Positions 40,753 to 53,357 of a DNA stretch of 64,000 bases are shown piece after piece. Numbering within the stretch: position 1 is the first letter of the stretch; every line of letters begins with the position of its first letter. The position numbers and the translations under genes were made by a program. The stretch spans positions 1 to 64,000 of the forward strand of contig CAVTUQ010000005.1 of assembly GCA_963737905.1 (NCBI GenBank). The letters run 5' to 3'. Under the pieces are notes generated by a model. That model ran no database searches and was not told the DNA's origin. It worked only from the letters and a program-made list of their open reading frames with translations. Origin of the DNA: an uncultured delta proteobacterium. GTDB lineage: Bacteria > Desulfobacterota > Binatia > UBA9968.

Positions 40753-41781
40753 TCAGCGACCACCCGGCAGAAATGAGAAGTCCACCAGTTTCATCGGATC
40801 GAAATCCGCCGGTATGGGCCGCTCCTGGCGCAGGATATCGATGTAACCGCGGGCGACCTTGGGATTTAGCCGCCCGTCTTTATTCAAAAGCCTGATGAGC
40901 GTTGCATAGGTGTTTTCCGCTTCATTCTGCTTCACCTTGAACTTCTCGACGATCATCTTGGTGCTCTCAGCAGGATTGGCACGCAACCAATCAAGAGAGT
41001 CAAATACCGCTGCGACCGTACGTCGCACCGACTCGCGGTTGGTTTTGATTTCAGCCTGCGATGTCACCAAACCGACATAGGGAATGTCTGCCAAATCGCC
41101 CAGTTGCATGAATTTCTTGTAGCCCAGGGAAACCGCCTTATCGTCAAAGGGCGGTGTCAGAACCGTACCGGCGACGCGATTGGTGGTGAGGGCTAGAAAA
41201 CTATCAGCTGTGCCGCCGGTGCTGATGGCGCCGACATCTTTCTCGTTGATTTCGAATTTCTTCAAGAACGCTTGGAAGAAATAGTACGGCGAGGTGCGGA
41301 TCCCCGAGACCGCGATGGTTTTGCCAATTAAATCTTGCGGCTTGTTAATGTCCTTGTTCGTGACTAAAACCCACGGCGAAGTATCGCAGAAACTGACGAG
41401 GATGACCAATGGCAGGCCGGCCACCGCTGCCGAGATGCCGTTGGAAACCGAGGTCAAATAGTTAATGTTGCCGTTGATCACGGCCTGGGCCTGGATCGGC
41501 GTGCGCATCTGGATGAACTCGGATTCGAGTCCGTGCTTCTTAAAAAATCCCTTTTCTTGAGCGATGTAGTAGGGCATGTAAGAAAACGCCAGGGAAGGGA
41601 AGCCGATGCGTATTTTCGACAGACTCTCGGCTCCCGAAGCGAAATCCGAAAACAGGAGCAGAGCCAGACCAATGACGACACCCTCACCTTTCCCTTTCCC
41701 TCGCAGGAAGAGGGCTAAAGTAAGCGTCGAAAGCCAAGAGGATAGAAGGCGTGGAGTCAGCTTAGCTGCACTTTGTTTCAT
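40753..41781 (-). CDS. ABC substrate-binding protein, NMT1/SsuA family
   Basis: IAQEKGFFKKHGL, DLIGKTIAV; AGGAG RBS before ATG 41781. Confidence 0.9.
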   Translation of the reverse strand: MKQSAAKLTPRLLSSWLSTLTLALFLRGKGKGEGVVIGLALLLFSDFASGAESLSKIRIGFPSLAFSYMPYYIAQEKGFFKKHGLESEFIQMRTPIQAQAVINGNINYLTSVSNGISAAVAGLPLVILVSFCDTSPWVLVTNKDINKPQDLIGKTIAVSGIRTSPYYFFQAFLKKFEINEKDVGAISTGGTADSFLALTTNRVAGTVLTPPFDDKAVSLGYKKFMQLGDLADIPYVGLVTSQAEIKTNRESVRRTVAAVFDSLDWLRANPAESTKMIVEKFKVKQNEAENTYATLIRLLNKDGRLNPKVARGYIDILRQERPIPADFDPMKLVDFSFLPGGR

Positions 41782-41791
41782 GCCGATACTC

Positions 41792-42991
41792 CTAAGCGTT
41801 CGCAGCTTTTTGTGTGCCGCCATTTTCCCAGCTTTGACGAGCAATCTTCAAAGCGCTGGGCTGAGGAAGATTCTTTAGGCCAAAGAAACCTGTGGCGTTT
41901 CGGTTAAGCAGTTTTTCCTTTTGCGCAAAAGAGAGATCCTTCCCATCGATGATATCTTTAACGGAGTAAGGGAAATGGCAATCCCAGTGGCAATAGTCCG
42001 AAGCATAGAGGACCGTATCCTCACCGTTGGCTGCAAATACGCGATCGAGGCCAGTCTCCTCGGATTCGCAGGTCAGGACGATTTGCTCGCTCTTGATGAT
42101 CTCGCTCGGCCGACGCTTCAATTCCGGCATTTGCGGCGCCAGTTTCTCAATATGCTCATCGAACCGCTCCGCCCAGAAGGGGAGCCAGCCGGCGCCCCCT
42201 TCCATGAAACCGACTCTGAGTTTCGGATAGCGGTCGAAGACCCCTTCGCCGATCATGTGCATCATGGCGATCATCAACTCAAAGGGGAAGGCGGTCATAT
42301 GCACGTAAACATATTTGAAGAAGCGTTCGCTGCCGGCACCCATGACACCGGAAATCCCGGGGACGCCATCATGGCCGGTTTGCGGATGAACGCTCAATGT
42401 CATGCCCAGGGATTGCGCGCAATCGTAGATCGGGTCGAACATGGCGTCGCCCATATTGCGGCCATAGACATTGGTCGGAAGCATCGCCGTAACCGCTCCG
42501 GCCTTGGCAAGAAATTCAAGCTCCTTCACGGCTGCCTGGGGAGCCTGGCAAGGAATCAAGCCGACGGCCAGCAGTCGCTTGGGATCGGCGGAGCAATATT
42601 CCACCAGCCACTCGTTGACCGCATGACAGAGCACCGTCGCAAGCTCATTGCTCATCAAACCATTGACGGTGAGGGCGATCTGGGTGCCGAAGAGAATTGC
42701 CACGTCGATGCCTTCTTGGTCCATGTCCTTGAGCCGTGCGACAGGGTCTACCATGCCGGGGCGATAGCCCCGGGCCTTTTCAGTCATGGGTCCACTGACA
42801 CCCGGCCCGGGCCCCTGGGAGGCCGACCAGAGGCGTCCTTCCAGCAGGATACGCGAATTCCCCTCGTTGTCCTTTAAACGCACCGGTGCCTGCGAACGCC
42901 ACTTCTCAGGCATCCGGCTTGTCAGATCGACATTGCCTTCATACACATGGCCATCGGCATCGATGACGAGTACATTATCGAAATTTTCCAT
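41792..42991 (-). CDS. Amidohydrolase_2 family protein
   Basis: IDADGHV, RLKDMDQEGID, FMEGGAGW, YASDYCHWD. Confidence 0.9.
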   Translation of the reverse strand: MENFDNVLVIDADGHVYEGNVDLTSRMPEKWRSQAPVRLKDNEGNSRILLEGRLWSASQGPGPGVSGPMTEKARGYRPGMVDPVARLKDMDQEGIDVAILFGTQIALTVNGLMSNELATVLCHAVNEWLVEYCSADPKRLLAVGLIPCQAPQAAVKELEFLAKAGAVTAMLPTNVYGRNMGDAMFDPIYDCAQSLGMTLSVHPQTGHDGVPGISGVMGAGSERFFKYVYVHMTAFPFELMIAMMHMIGEGVFDRYPKLRVGFMEGGAGWLPFWAERFDEHIEKLAPQMPELKRRPSEIIKSEQIVLTCESEETGLDRVFAANGEDTVLYASDYCHWDCHFPYSVKDIIDGKDLSFAQKEKLLNRNATGFFGLKNLPQPSALKIARQSWENGGTQKAANA

Positions 42992-43218
42992 CACGCGGTC
43001 CTCCTATGCAGTCTCTGCATTTTGGTCGGAGTATAGGCTATCGCTAAAGCTAGTTTCAACCGGAGTTTCGATAAAACTGCCTGCGGCGCGAAGAGGGGGA
43101 AACGGAGCCCCTTTGCCAACGGCTGGTGATGAACTCACGCAATTCAAGTTATCTAAAATCACTGTGCAGGCTGTTGCCGTTGACCCTCAGGCGCTGATCC
43201 GATATTCAAGCTAGAGAA

Positions 43219-44430
43219 ATGCAGAATGCTCTAAAAGATTGTCTCGATGGAAAAACGCTGATCCGGAATGAAGCATTAGCGCTGGCGGATGCTGAAGGCG
43301 ATGAGTTTGAATCCTTGCTGGCAGCTGCAGCCGCATTGCGAGACCGCTACAAAGGGAAAATCGTTACCTTTTCACCGAAAGTTTTTGTCCCGCTGACGAA
43401 TCTCTGCCGCGACTTTTGCGGCTACTGCACTTTCCGTAAGGCGCCGGATGAGCCCGGCGCGAAAACCATGACCATCGAGGAAGTGCTTCGAGTGGTACGT
43501 CAGGGAAAGGTTCTGGGTTGCACTGAAGTGCTTTTCAGCCTCGGCGACAAGCCGGAGGCGATCTATCCGGAGATGAAGGCTTTCCTGGCAAGGGAGGGAT
43601 ACCAGCGTACCTTGGGTTATCTTTATGAAGCTTGCCGGACCGTGTTGGAGGAAACCGAGCTTTTGCCTCATTCCAACCCCGGTGTGATGGGCAGAGCGGA
43701 TCTCCGGCGATTAAAAGAGGTCAACGTCAGCATGGGACTCATGCTGGAAGATGTCAGCGACCGGCTCATGTTGGTGGGCGGGCCTCACTTCAATGCGCCG
43801 GACAAAAGGCCCGCAGTACGACTTCGTACTATGGAAGAAGCCGGCAAGCTCCGCATTCCCTTCACGACAGGTATTCTCATCGGGATCGGTGAAACATGGG
43901 AGGAAAGAATCGATTCTCTATTTGCTATCCGGGACTTAAATCAACGCTACGGTCACATCCAAGAAGTCATCGTGCAGAACTTTCGCGCCAAGCCGGACAT
44001 TCCCATGCGCGATCATCCTAACGCCAGTTACAATGACATGCTGAAAACCATTGCGATTGCGCGGCTGGTCTTCGGCGGCGATATGAACATTCAGGCTCCG
44101 CCAAACCTGACTCCGGAAAAATATGAACTTTATCTGAACGCGGGAATCAATGACTGGGGTGGCGTTTCTCCCCTGACGCCCGATTTCATTAACCCGGAGG
44201 CGCCGTGGCCTGCATTGGAAACACTAAGGCAAAAAAGTGCCGAGGCGGGTTTCGAGCTCAAGGCACGTCTGCCGATTTATCCAGAGTTCATCGCGCAAGC
44301 TCAAAAATTTCTTCCTGCGTCGCTGCTTGGCTACGTGGAACGGGTGACTGATGCCGATGGATTAGTAAAGGGCGGCGGTCCACTCGATTGCTTGAGACCG
44401 CTCCATCGTTCCGATTCTCAAGCACTATAA
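43219..44430 (+). CDS. cofG: FO synthase subunit CofG (radical SAM)
   Basis: TFSPKVFVPLTNLCRDFCGYCTF, PFTTGILIG, HIQEVIVQNFRAKP, QAPPNL, DWGGVSPLTPD. Confidence 0.95.
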   Translation: MQNALKDCLDGKTLIRNEALALADAEGDEFESLLAAAAALRDRYKGKIVTFSPKVFVPLTNLCRDFCGYCTFRKAPDEPGAKTMTIEEVLRVVRQGKVLGCTEVLFSLGDKPEAIYPEMKAFLAREGYQRTLGYLYEACRTVLEETELLPHSNPGVMGRADLRRLKEVNVSMGLMLEDVSDRLMLVGGPHFNAPDKRPAVRLRTMEEAGKLRIPFTTGILIGIGETWEERIDSLFAIRDLNQRYGHIQEVIVQNFRAKPDIPMRDHPNASYNDMLKTIAIARLVFGGDMNIQAPPNLTPEKYELYLNAGINDWGGVSPLTPDFINPEAPWPALETLRQKSAEAGFELKARLPIYPEFIAQAQKFLPASLLGYVERVTDADGLVKGGGPLDCLRPLHRSDSQAL

Positions 44431-44439
44431 GAGTTCTTC

Positions 44440-45366
44440 ATGTTAGTCGTTCTTACCGGGGGTACGGGCGGTGCTAAGCTCATCGAGGGCCTCAGTTACG
44501 AAATTGATCCTGCTCAGTTAACCATCATTTGTAATACCGCCGATGATTTCATCTTGCATGGGCTCAATATTTCACCGGACCTCGACACGATCATGTATAC
44601 CCTCGCCGGTCTGAGTGACGGCGAAAAGGGATGGGGCATCCAAAACGACACCTTTACGGTTTTGGCGCAGTTGGAAAAATTCGGTGGTGAGGCGTGGTTC
44701 AAGCTCGGCGACAAGGATATCGCCACCCATATCACGCGAACGCGACTCTTGCGCGCCGGTCTTAAATTATCCGATGTCACAGCTAGACTTGCGAACGATC
44801 TCGGCATCAAAGCCAGGCTTCTTCCCATGTCAAATGACGCCATCGAGACGAGAGTTGAAACTCCAGATGGTGAAATTTCTTTCCAGGAATATTTCGTCAA
44901 ACAACGCTGGCAACCGGAGGTCAAAAAAATCTTCTATGCCGGTGTGGAAAGCAGCCGTGCAGCGCCGGGTGTGCTGGAGACTATTCGCGGCGCCGCGGCT
45001 ATTATCATTTGCCCGAGTAATCCGATAACCAGTATCGGTCCTATCCTGGCAGTTCCTGGAGTTAGAGACGCGCTCAACGAAGTAACCGTTCCTGTCGTCG
45101 GGGTGAGCCCGATCATGGGCGAAACGGCGATTAGCGGCCCCGCGCACAAGCTCATGGCGGCACACGGTGTGGAGCCGTCAGCGCTTGGCGCGGCCAAGAG
45201 TTATTCCGATTTCCTCGATCGGTTTGTGGTCGATCGGGAGGACGAAAACTTGCGGGGCAAACTCGAAACATTGGGAATTAAAGTCGCGGCCACTTCGATT
45301 CGCATGAATTCCCTTGCCGATAAGAAGAGGCTGGCGCGCCAGGTCTTGGCCTTGATCGAAAAATAG
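44440..45366 (+). CDS. cofD: 2-phospho-L-lactate/PEP transferase CofD (FbiA)
   Basis: GGTGGAK, SPDLDT, LGDKD, FQEYFV, PSNPITSIGPIL. Confidence 0.95.
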   Translation: MLVVLTGGTGGAKLIEGLSYEIDPAQLTIICNTADDFILHGLNISPDLDTIMYTLAGLSDGEKGWGIQNDTFTVLAQLEKFGGEAWFKLGDKDIATHITRTRLLRAGLKLSDVTARLANDLGIKARLLPMSNDAIETRVETPDGEISFQEYFVKQRWQPEVKKIFYAGVESSRAAPGVLETIRGAAAIIICPSNPITSIGPILAVPGVRDALNEVTVPVVGVSPIMGETAISGPAHKLMAAHGVEPSALGAAKSYSDFLDRFVVDREDENLRGKLETLGIKVAATSIRMNSLADKKRLARQVLALIEK

Positions 45367-45393
45367 TGTTAGAAAAATCTTTCTGACCGAACC

Positions 45394-46083
45394 ATGAAAG
45401 TATCTGCACTCATCCCGGTAAAAGGTTTCAGCAATGCCAAGCAGCGGCTGAGCCCACTACTGGATGGCAGCGACCGGGAGCTATTCGCGGAAGTCATGTT
45501 CCGCGATGTTCTGAACCAAGTCCTAAAGGCCCAAGGTCTTGCCGAAACTCTTGTAGTGACCGGGGATGACAAGGTGGCCGATATCGCCACGAGTCTTGGC
45601 GCCCAAGTGATCCGTGAAAAGGTGGAAAGAGGCGAGACAGACGCCGTTGATTTCGCGCGCCTCGAGCTAAAGCAGTTAGGTCGTGAGGCAGTTTTGATCA
45701 TTCCCGGCGATTTGCCCCTGGTTCGTAGCGCTGACATCGAAGAAGTTTTGGCGCAAGCTCCTGAAAGAGCTTCATTCCCGTTTGCTCTGCTGGTTCCGTC
45801 TCACGACCGCATGGGGACGAACGCTTTGCTCTTGGTTCCACCGGATATTATCAAGCTTCGCTTTGGATACGACAGCTTTAGCTATCATCTGAGCCAGGTT
45901 TCAGCTCGGGGATTGCCGGTGCGATTCATTGAAAATGAGCACATTGCGCTGGATATCGATGAACCGAAGGATCTTCAGCGGTTTCTTTCATTTGGTTTTG
46001 AAGACGGCGAGTCGACGCGCACGGCGCGGGCGATGTTGGCGGCTCAGGTCGCGGAGAAATTTCGCAGTTTTGGAGGCCTATGA
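45394..46083 (+). CDS. cofC: Guanylyltransferase CofC (FbiD)
   Basis: IPVK..AKQRLS, PGDLP, GTNAL, FGYDSF, LDIDEPKDL. Confidence 0.93.
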   Translation: MKVSALIPVKGFSNAKQRLSPLLDGSDRELFAEVMFRDVLNQVLKAQGLAETLVVTGDDKVADIATSLGAQVIREKVERGETDAVDFARLELKQLGREAVLIIPGDLPLVRSADIEEVLAQAPERASFPFALLVPSHDRMGTNALLLVPPDIIKLRFGYDSFSYHLSQVSARGLPVRFIENEHIALDIDEPKDLQRFLSFGFEDGESTRTARAMLAAQVAEKFRSFGGL

Positions 46084-46837
46084 GGCGGCTGGAGTTGATG
46101 GGTCTCGAGGGCATTGGCGAAATTAGCAGAGGCGACTGCGTCGGCGCGTTGATCTGCGATGCCTGCTCTCGCCAAAAGGTTGCGCTGCTGGATGATGATG
46201 TCCTGGTTATCGCCCAGAAGATTGTGTCCAAGGCGGAGGGACGAATCAATTTGTTTGGATGACGTGAAACCCTCCGCGCGCGCCATAGAATTGGCCGAGC
46301 CAGCTCGATAAAGAGCCGGCGCTTGTTGAAGTTATTCTGCGCGAAAGCCGTGAAATCGTCAGAATGGGCGGACGGGCGCTCATCGTGGAAACTCATCACG
46401 GATTTATCTGCGCCAACGCCGGAGTGGATCAGTCCAACGTGGGCCTAAGACAAGTAGCCCTGTTGCCAAAAGACCCTGACGGCTCTGCGCAGGAGATTCG
46501 GAACGAAATTCAACGGCGGACCGGACAGAAACCTGCCGTCATTGTCAGCGATAGTTTCGGCCGTCCATGGCGAGTCGGCACCGTGGATGTCGCCGTGGGC
46601 GTGTCCGGGTTGAAATCCGTCAAAGACGAAAGAGGATTGAGTGACCGCTACGGATATCAGCTCAAGGCCGCCGTTGCCGCCGTTGCCGACGAAATTGCCG
46701 CAGCGGCGGAATTGGTCATGGGAAAGCGAAATGGCGTTCCCGTCGTCATTGTTCGCGGCTGTGAGATCGACAAGGAGGATGGATCGGTGAGGGAGCTTCT
46801 CCGCCCCGAGGCGGAAGACCTTTTTCGCCATTTCTAA
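46080..46837 (+). CDS. cofE: F420-0:L-glutamate ligase CofE (frameshifts near 46255-46300)
   Basis: AQKIVSKAEGR, CANAGVDQSN, LPKDPD, SDSFGRPWR, ADEIAAAAELV, DLFR. Confidence 0.92.
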
Positions 46838-46842
46838 AGTTT

Positions 46843-47496
46843 ATGGAGAATTCGTTTACGATAGCTATTGTGGGTGGAACGGGGAACCTGGGCGGGGCAT
46901 TGGCCCTCCGTCTGGGCGCGCCAGGTGTCAAAATTATCATCGGATCGCGCGATGCGGAGAAGGCCAAAAAAGCGGTTGAAACTCTCAAGCCAAATTTGCC
47001 CGCAGGAGAGATCGAAGGAACGACAAATCAAGCGGCCGTCAAGAGCGCCGACTTCGTCGTCATCGCAGTGCCTTACGAAGGACATGCTCAGATGGTCACC
47101 GACCTCAAAGGGCAGCTTATCGGGAAGATTGTCATCGATGCCGTCGTTCCCCTCAACAAAGGCAAGCCCTTTGTGCCGCCGGCGGGATCCGCCTTACAGG
47201 AAGCACAGCAAATTTTGGCTGAAGAGGCCCCGGTAGTCGGTGCGCTCCATAATATTTCAGCCGTCGACATGGGGGACGTCAATGCCCCTTTGGGAGACGT
47301 GCTGGTTTGCGGTGACAACGCAGACGCCAAAGAAAAAGTAATGCAAATCATTCAGCGAATCGGCGCGCGGCCTTTCGATGGAGGTCCGGCTGGAAATGCT
47401 TACGTCATTGAAGGACTCACGGGTGTAATCATCTATCTCAACCGTAAGTACAAATCCAAACACGGCAGTATCAAAATCGTCGGAATCGGCGACTGA
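46843..47496 (+). CDS. npdG: NADPH-dependent F420 reductase (Fno)
   Basis: GGTGNLGGALA, IGSRDAEKA, AVPYEGH, VVPL, IEGLT..NRKYK; operon context. Confidence 0.92.
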   Translation: MENSFTIAIVGGTGNLGGALALRLGAPGVKIIIGSRDAEKAKKAVETLKPNLPAGEIEGTTNQAAVKSADFVVIAVPYEGHAQMVTDLKGQLIGKIVIDAVVPLNKGKPFVPPAGSALQEAQQILAEEAPVVGALHNISAVDMGDVNAPLGDVLVCGDNADAKEKVMQIIQRIGARPFDGGPAGNAYVIEGLTGVIIYLNRKYKSKHGSIKIVGIGD

Positions 47497-47605
47497 GTAG
47501 CGCCAGCTTCTTCAGCCACCACCCGTAGAACTCTGGCTTCTCGGCGAGGTTAACTTACTGTTTTTACAAACGTTATTCAACAAACCTTCTTTTCATCTGC
47601 ATTCG

Positions 47606-47633
47606 TTAACTTTTCGACTTCGCGAGCGTCTAA
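47606..47633 (+). promoter_or_regulatory. Candidate ECF autoregulatory promoter
   Basis: TAAC-N16-CGTCTAA about 60 nt upstream of the ECF sigma gene. Confidence 0.45.
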
Positions 47634-47693
47634 ACGATTGTCGGGATACCTCGAAATCCATCCCGAGGCAGGTTCGGTGACCACGGATTTTAA

Positions 47694-48275
47694 ATGAACC
47701 AGACTGCTCAACAGGAGTTTCGGGATGAAGAGATTGTGGCGCTGTGTCAGCAGGGACAGAGCGAAGTCTTCGAGGTTCTCGTGCGGAAGTATATGGAGAA
47801 GGCATTCCGGATCGCTTTCGATTTCACGCATGACACTGAAGAGGCCAAGGATCTCTCTCAGGAGGCCTTTTTGCGGGCCTTCTCGCGGATTAAACAATTT
47901 GACGGCAGATCTAGTTTTTATACCTGGTTCTACCGCTTGGTCGTAAACCTGTGCCTGGACCATACGCGCCGTAAAGGACGGGTAATTTGGGAAAGGCTTG
48001 AAAGGGAAACGGAAGGTAGCACGGAGACTGTCGAAATAGCCGATGGCTCTTCATTGCCGGATGAGGAGGCGATTGCCGGGGAAGCGAAACGTAAGGCTGA
48101 TCTCACTTTGGAGGCGATGCCCAACAAACAACGCACGGCCTTCTTGTTGCGTAATCATCAAGGGTTATCAATTCCGGATATTGCCAAGGTGATGAAAACC
48201 ACGGAAGGAACAGTTCGGGTTTATCTCCATCGTGCCGTGGCGGCACTGAGACAGAGTCTGGTGGAATTTGTTTAG
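47694..48275 (+). CDS. ECF RNA polymerase sigma factor
   Basis: DLSQEAFLRA, FYTWFYRLVVNLCLD, region 4 IAKVMKTTEGTVRVYLHRA. Confidence 0.95.
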   Translation: MNQTAQQEFRDEEIVALCQQGQSEVFEVLVRKYMEKAFRIAFDFTHDTEEAKDLSQEAFLRAFSRIKQFDGRSSFYTWFYRLVVNLCLDHTRRKGRVIWERLERETEGSTETVEIADGSSLPDEEAIAGEAKRKADLTLEAMPNKQRTAFLLRNHQGLSIPDIAKVMKTTEGTVRVYLHRAVAALRQSLVEFV

Positions 48276-48280
48276 GGAGA

Positions 48281-48820
48281 ATGGTTATGACGGAACCTAC
48301 CGATACATTGCGAGTCGCCTGCAAGGATTTTGAAGAAGATTTAGTGCTCTATTACTACGGCGACGATTCCGAGGCCGAACGCAGGCGGGTTGAAGACCAT
48401 TTGCAGAGTTGCTCTTCTTGTCATGAATTTCTCGACGACCTGCGGAAGTTACTTCCCCAGATGGCGAAGCCCAGCGAACTGCCTCAAACGTTCTGGGATA
48501 GTTACTATCGGGAAACCATAGAAAAGCTCGCCGCGTTGGAAGAGCGCAAATATTGGTGGCGAAATCTCTTTGCGCCGATGCGTAGGTGGATGTTGCCGGC
48601 TTTTGGAACCGCCGCGGTTGCCGTGTTGGCGATTGCTCTGGTCGTCAGCAAGGGTAATTGGCATTTCCCACTGAGCCAACCTGCGGAAAAGATTCCCCAA
48701 GAGGTTTTAGCGGACACCAATCAGCTTGAGTTCTTCAAATCCATGGACATGTTGGAGTCTCTCGGTAAGCTTGAAGCGCTGGACGGAACAAAGTTGGAAG
48801 CGGGAAGCAGCCACAGCTAG
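48281..48820 (+). CDS. Zinc-binding (zf-HC2/ZAS) transmembrane anti-sigma factor
   Basis: C..HLQSCSSC motif and one TM helix, directly after the sigma gene. Confidence 0.88.
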   Translation: MVMTEPTDTLRVACKDFEEDLVLYYYGDDSEAERRRVEDHLQSCSSCHEFLDDLRKLLPQMAKPSELPQTFWDSYYRETIEKLAALEERKYWWRNLFAPMRRWMLPAFGTAAVAVLAIALVVSKGNWHFPLSQPAEKIPQEVLADTNQLEFFKSMDMLESLGKLEALDGTKLEAGSSHS

Positions 48821-48833
48821 GGCGATCGAAGTG

Positions 48834-49103
48834 ATGAAGCGAACTATAGGATCTCTTAGTCTTTGCTTAGTTTTGCTGCTGCCAGGGTTTGCCTGGGCAA
48901 GAGATGGCGGCGACAATTGGCGCCGTCTCAGTCCTAAAGAAAAAGAGAGCGTCCAGCGCAACTATCAACGCTGGCAAAATATGCCGCCGCAAGACAAAGA
49001 ACACCTCCGCGAAGAGTGGAATCGCTTTAAGAGTCTGCCGCCGGATCAACGCGACAATCTGCGTCGCCGCTACGATGAGCTGCGCCAGCGGCCGGGGCGA
49101 TAA
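48834..49103 (+). CDS. DUF3106-like periplasmic helical-repeat protein
   Basis: Signal peptide then WRRLSPKEK / WQNMPPQDK / FKSLPPDQR repeats. Confidence 0.8.
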   Translation: MKRTIGSLSLCLVLLLPGFAWARDGGDNWRRLSPKEKESVQRNYQRWQNMPPQDKEHLREEWNRFKSLPPDQRDNLRRRYDELRQRPGR

Positions 49104-49320
49104 GATAAACGGTAGAACTCTCTCCGTTCTTTTTCGTGTATTCTTTTTCGTCTTCCAAAGTTTGAATTCCAGTTCCGGGTCAATTCCCCGCGGCTTGCTG
49201 GGTAGAAGCTCACTCACCGAAGTCCGTCATTCCCGCATGCTTATAGCCGAAGAGGTTGGCATTCTATTTTTTGCCGCGATATAGCTGAAGTGCTTTTCGG
49301 AGAAAGATAGGAGACGCATT

Positions 49321-49909
49321 ATGACCACCACGAAACGCCTTCCGGCATTTGAAAAATTTATTCAAGATGTACGAGCGGCTTGGGCGGAGTTGCCTGATAC
49401 AGAGAAACGCATGAAAAGGGTAAAAGTCTTACTCGAAGGACTCGTGAATGATTCGACGATGAAGGAGCATTCTGAGCATTGGCCATCCACCGAGGGACAT
49501 AAAAACTTGTTGTTGTATGAAGATCCCGACTATCAGTTTGTGGTTAACGCCGTTGTGCGCACCCCGGGGCGCGACGGCAGAATCCATGATCACGCGCACG
49601 CGTGGACAGCCTACGGCGTACTCGACGGTACGGAACGGCTCGAACGTTACCGGCGCGTCGACGAAGGGAAAAAAGAAGGATACGCGCTGATCGAATTGGA
49701 AAGCCTGAACGAGGGCTATCCCGGCAAGGTTGATCTCGTGCCGCCCTTTGCGATCCATTCCGAAAAAGGCGGGCCTACAAGATCGGTTGGAGTTGATAGT
49801 TCGCTCCGAGCGGCTCGTTGGCAGGACCCTTCAGGGCCGTTATGACGCGAAAACCGACGAGTACAATCAAAGCCAAGGGCCGACTCAGGTGCCCTTCGAA
49901 GTGGCGTGA
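49321..49909 (+). CDS. Cysteine dioxygenase-like cupin (frameshift near 49795)
   Basis: IHDHAHAW...IHSE metal motif; alternate frame continues RSERLVGRTLQGRY to TGA 49909. Confidence 0.75.
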
Positions 49910-49927
49910 AGTGAGTTGGAGGACACC

Positions 49928-50726
49928 ATGGAAATTTTCGACATCCATCACCATCTGGGTTCTCTGACTGGAGGTAGCCTGCAGGAAGAAGCGGGGTGGC
50001 AGGACCGGGACTACGGTAATCGTGTTCGGATCATGCAGGCGAATGGCGTGACGATGTCGGCAATCCTCGCGGCAACGGGGTACATCCAGGCGGACGGAAT
50101 CAAGGACACGATGCGTTCCAACGATACGGTCGCCGCTTATCGAAAGCGAGATCCCAAACGCTTTCCGGTGGCCTGCGGGACGGTCGAGCCGCTTCACGGC
50201 GCGCGCTCATTAGGCGAGCTGGAACGCATGAACCATGAGCTCCATCTAGAGGGAGTGGTGTGGCACAACCGCTTCCAGGGCGTTGCCATCGACCATCAGC
50301 TTATGCGGCCACTGCTGAAAAAGGTAAGCGAGTTAGGACTCGTGCCCATCGTTCACACAAACGCGGAGTCGAACATGGAAGCGGTATGGCGCTTGGAGCG
50401 CCTGGCGCTGGAATTCCCGGAGCTCACCTTGGTGTCACTGGATGCCTTAACCACCAATGTAAATAGCCAGCTCGTCCTGGACATCGCGAAGCGGACGCCG
50501 AATATCCTCTTTGACACAGCGCACGTTCGCAGCTCAGGCTTACGTCCGGCAATTCGTCGAGACCGTGGGATCTCACCGTTTATTGTTCGGCAGCCTTTTC
50601 TATTCTCATCCCGCAAGTTATGAGCATTCTTCGACACTCGCGGAAGTCAAAGCAGCCAAAATAAGCGACGAGGATATGCAAAATATCCTCTGGCGAAATG
50701 CCAAGAAGCTTTTCAAGCTGGAATAG
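49928..50726 (+). CDS. Amidohydrolase family protein (frameshift near 50530)
   Basis: FDIHHHLG, LFDTA, RLLFGS, ILWRNAKKLF. Confidence 0.82.
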
Positions 50727-50747
50727 TTTGAGCTGGAAAGTGATTTG

Positions 50748-50769
50748 GTGGCGCCCGAGGAGGGACTTG
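50748..50769 (-). repeat. att-like copy of the tRNA-Leu 3' end
   Basis: gtggcgcccgaggagggacttg vs gtggtgccggaggagggacttg at 54444-54465 (20/22 identical). Confidence 0.8.
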
Positions 50770-50879
50770 GTAGTTGCGGAAGCCATCCGCTCTATCAGGG
50801 CAGCCTTCTTTTAGGCCAGACCGGCGCCTCTTATCACAATGTGCTCGTAGCCTGGTGACTTGGCACCACCCCGTCAACA

Positions 50880-50920
50880 GCAAAGCGCGGGCGAACCGCA
50901 GAGGGTAGCCCGCGCTTTGC
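50880..50920 (-). terminator. Hairpin downstream of katG
   Basis: gcaaagcgcgggc...gcccgcgctttgc, a 13-bp stem. Confidence 0.6.
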
Positions 50921-50942
50921 TGCAATAGTATTGGTAACGAAC

Positions 50943-53207
<2,265 letters not shown>

Positions 53208-53280
53208 TCAACTAATGGCAGATGACAAGTACTATCTTATCGCTGATTACTGCATGGGGAATCTAACACCTGCGAACACG

Positions 53281-53357
53281 GTTTACCAATACATTCTTTA
53301 AATCTTACAGTGTTTACCAATACATTCTTTAAATCTTTATGATAGGATCTGACTATC
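53281..53357. promoter_or_regulatory. katG/oxyR control region: 26-bp tandem duplication and OxyR-type site
   Basis: gtttaccaatacattctttaaatctt at 53281 and 53312; ATAG-N7-CTAT at 53342-53356. Confidence 0.75.

Noticed and set aside
41921-42877. Long antisense ORFs (also 1335-2222, 23324-24004, 50931-51620)
   Set aside because: These are shadow frames opposite well-supported genes and have no recognisable motifs.
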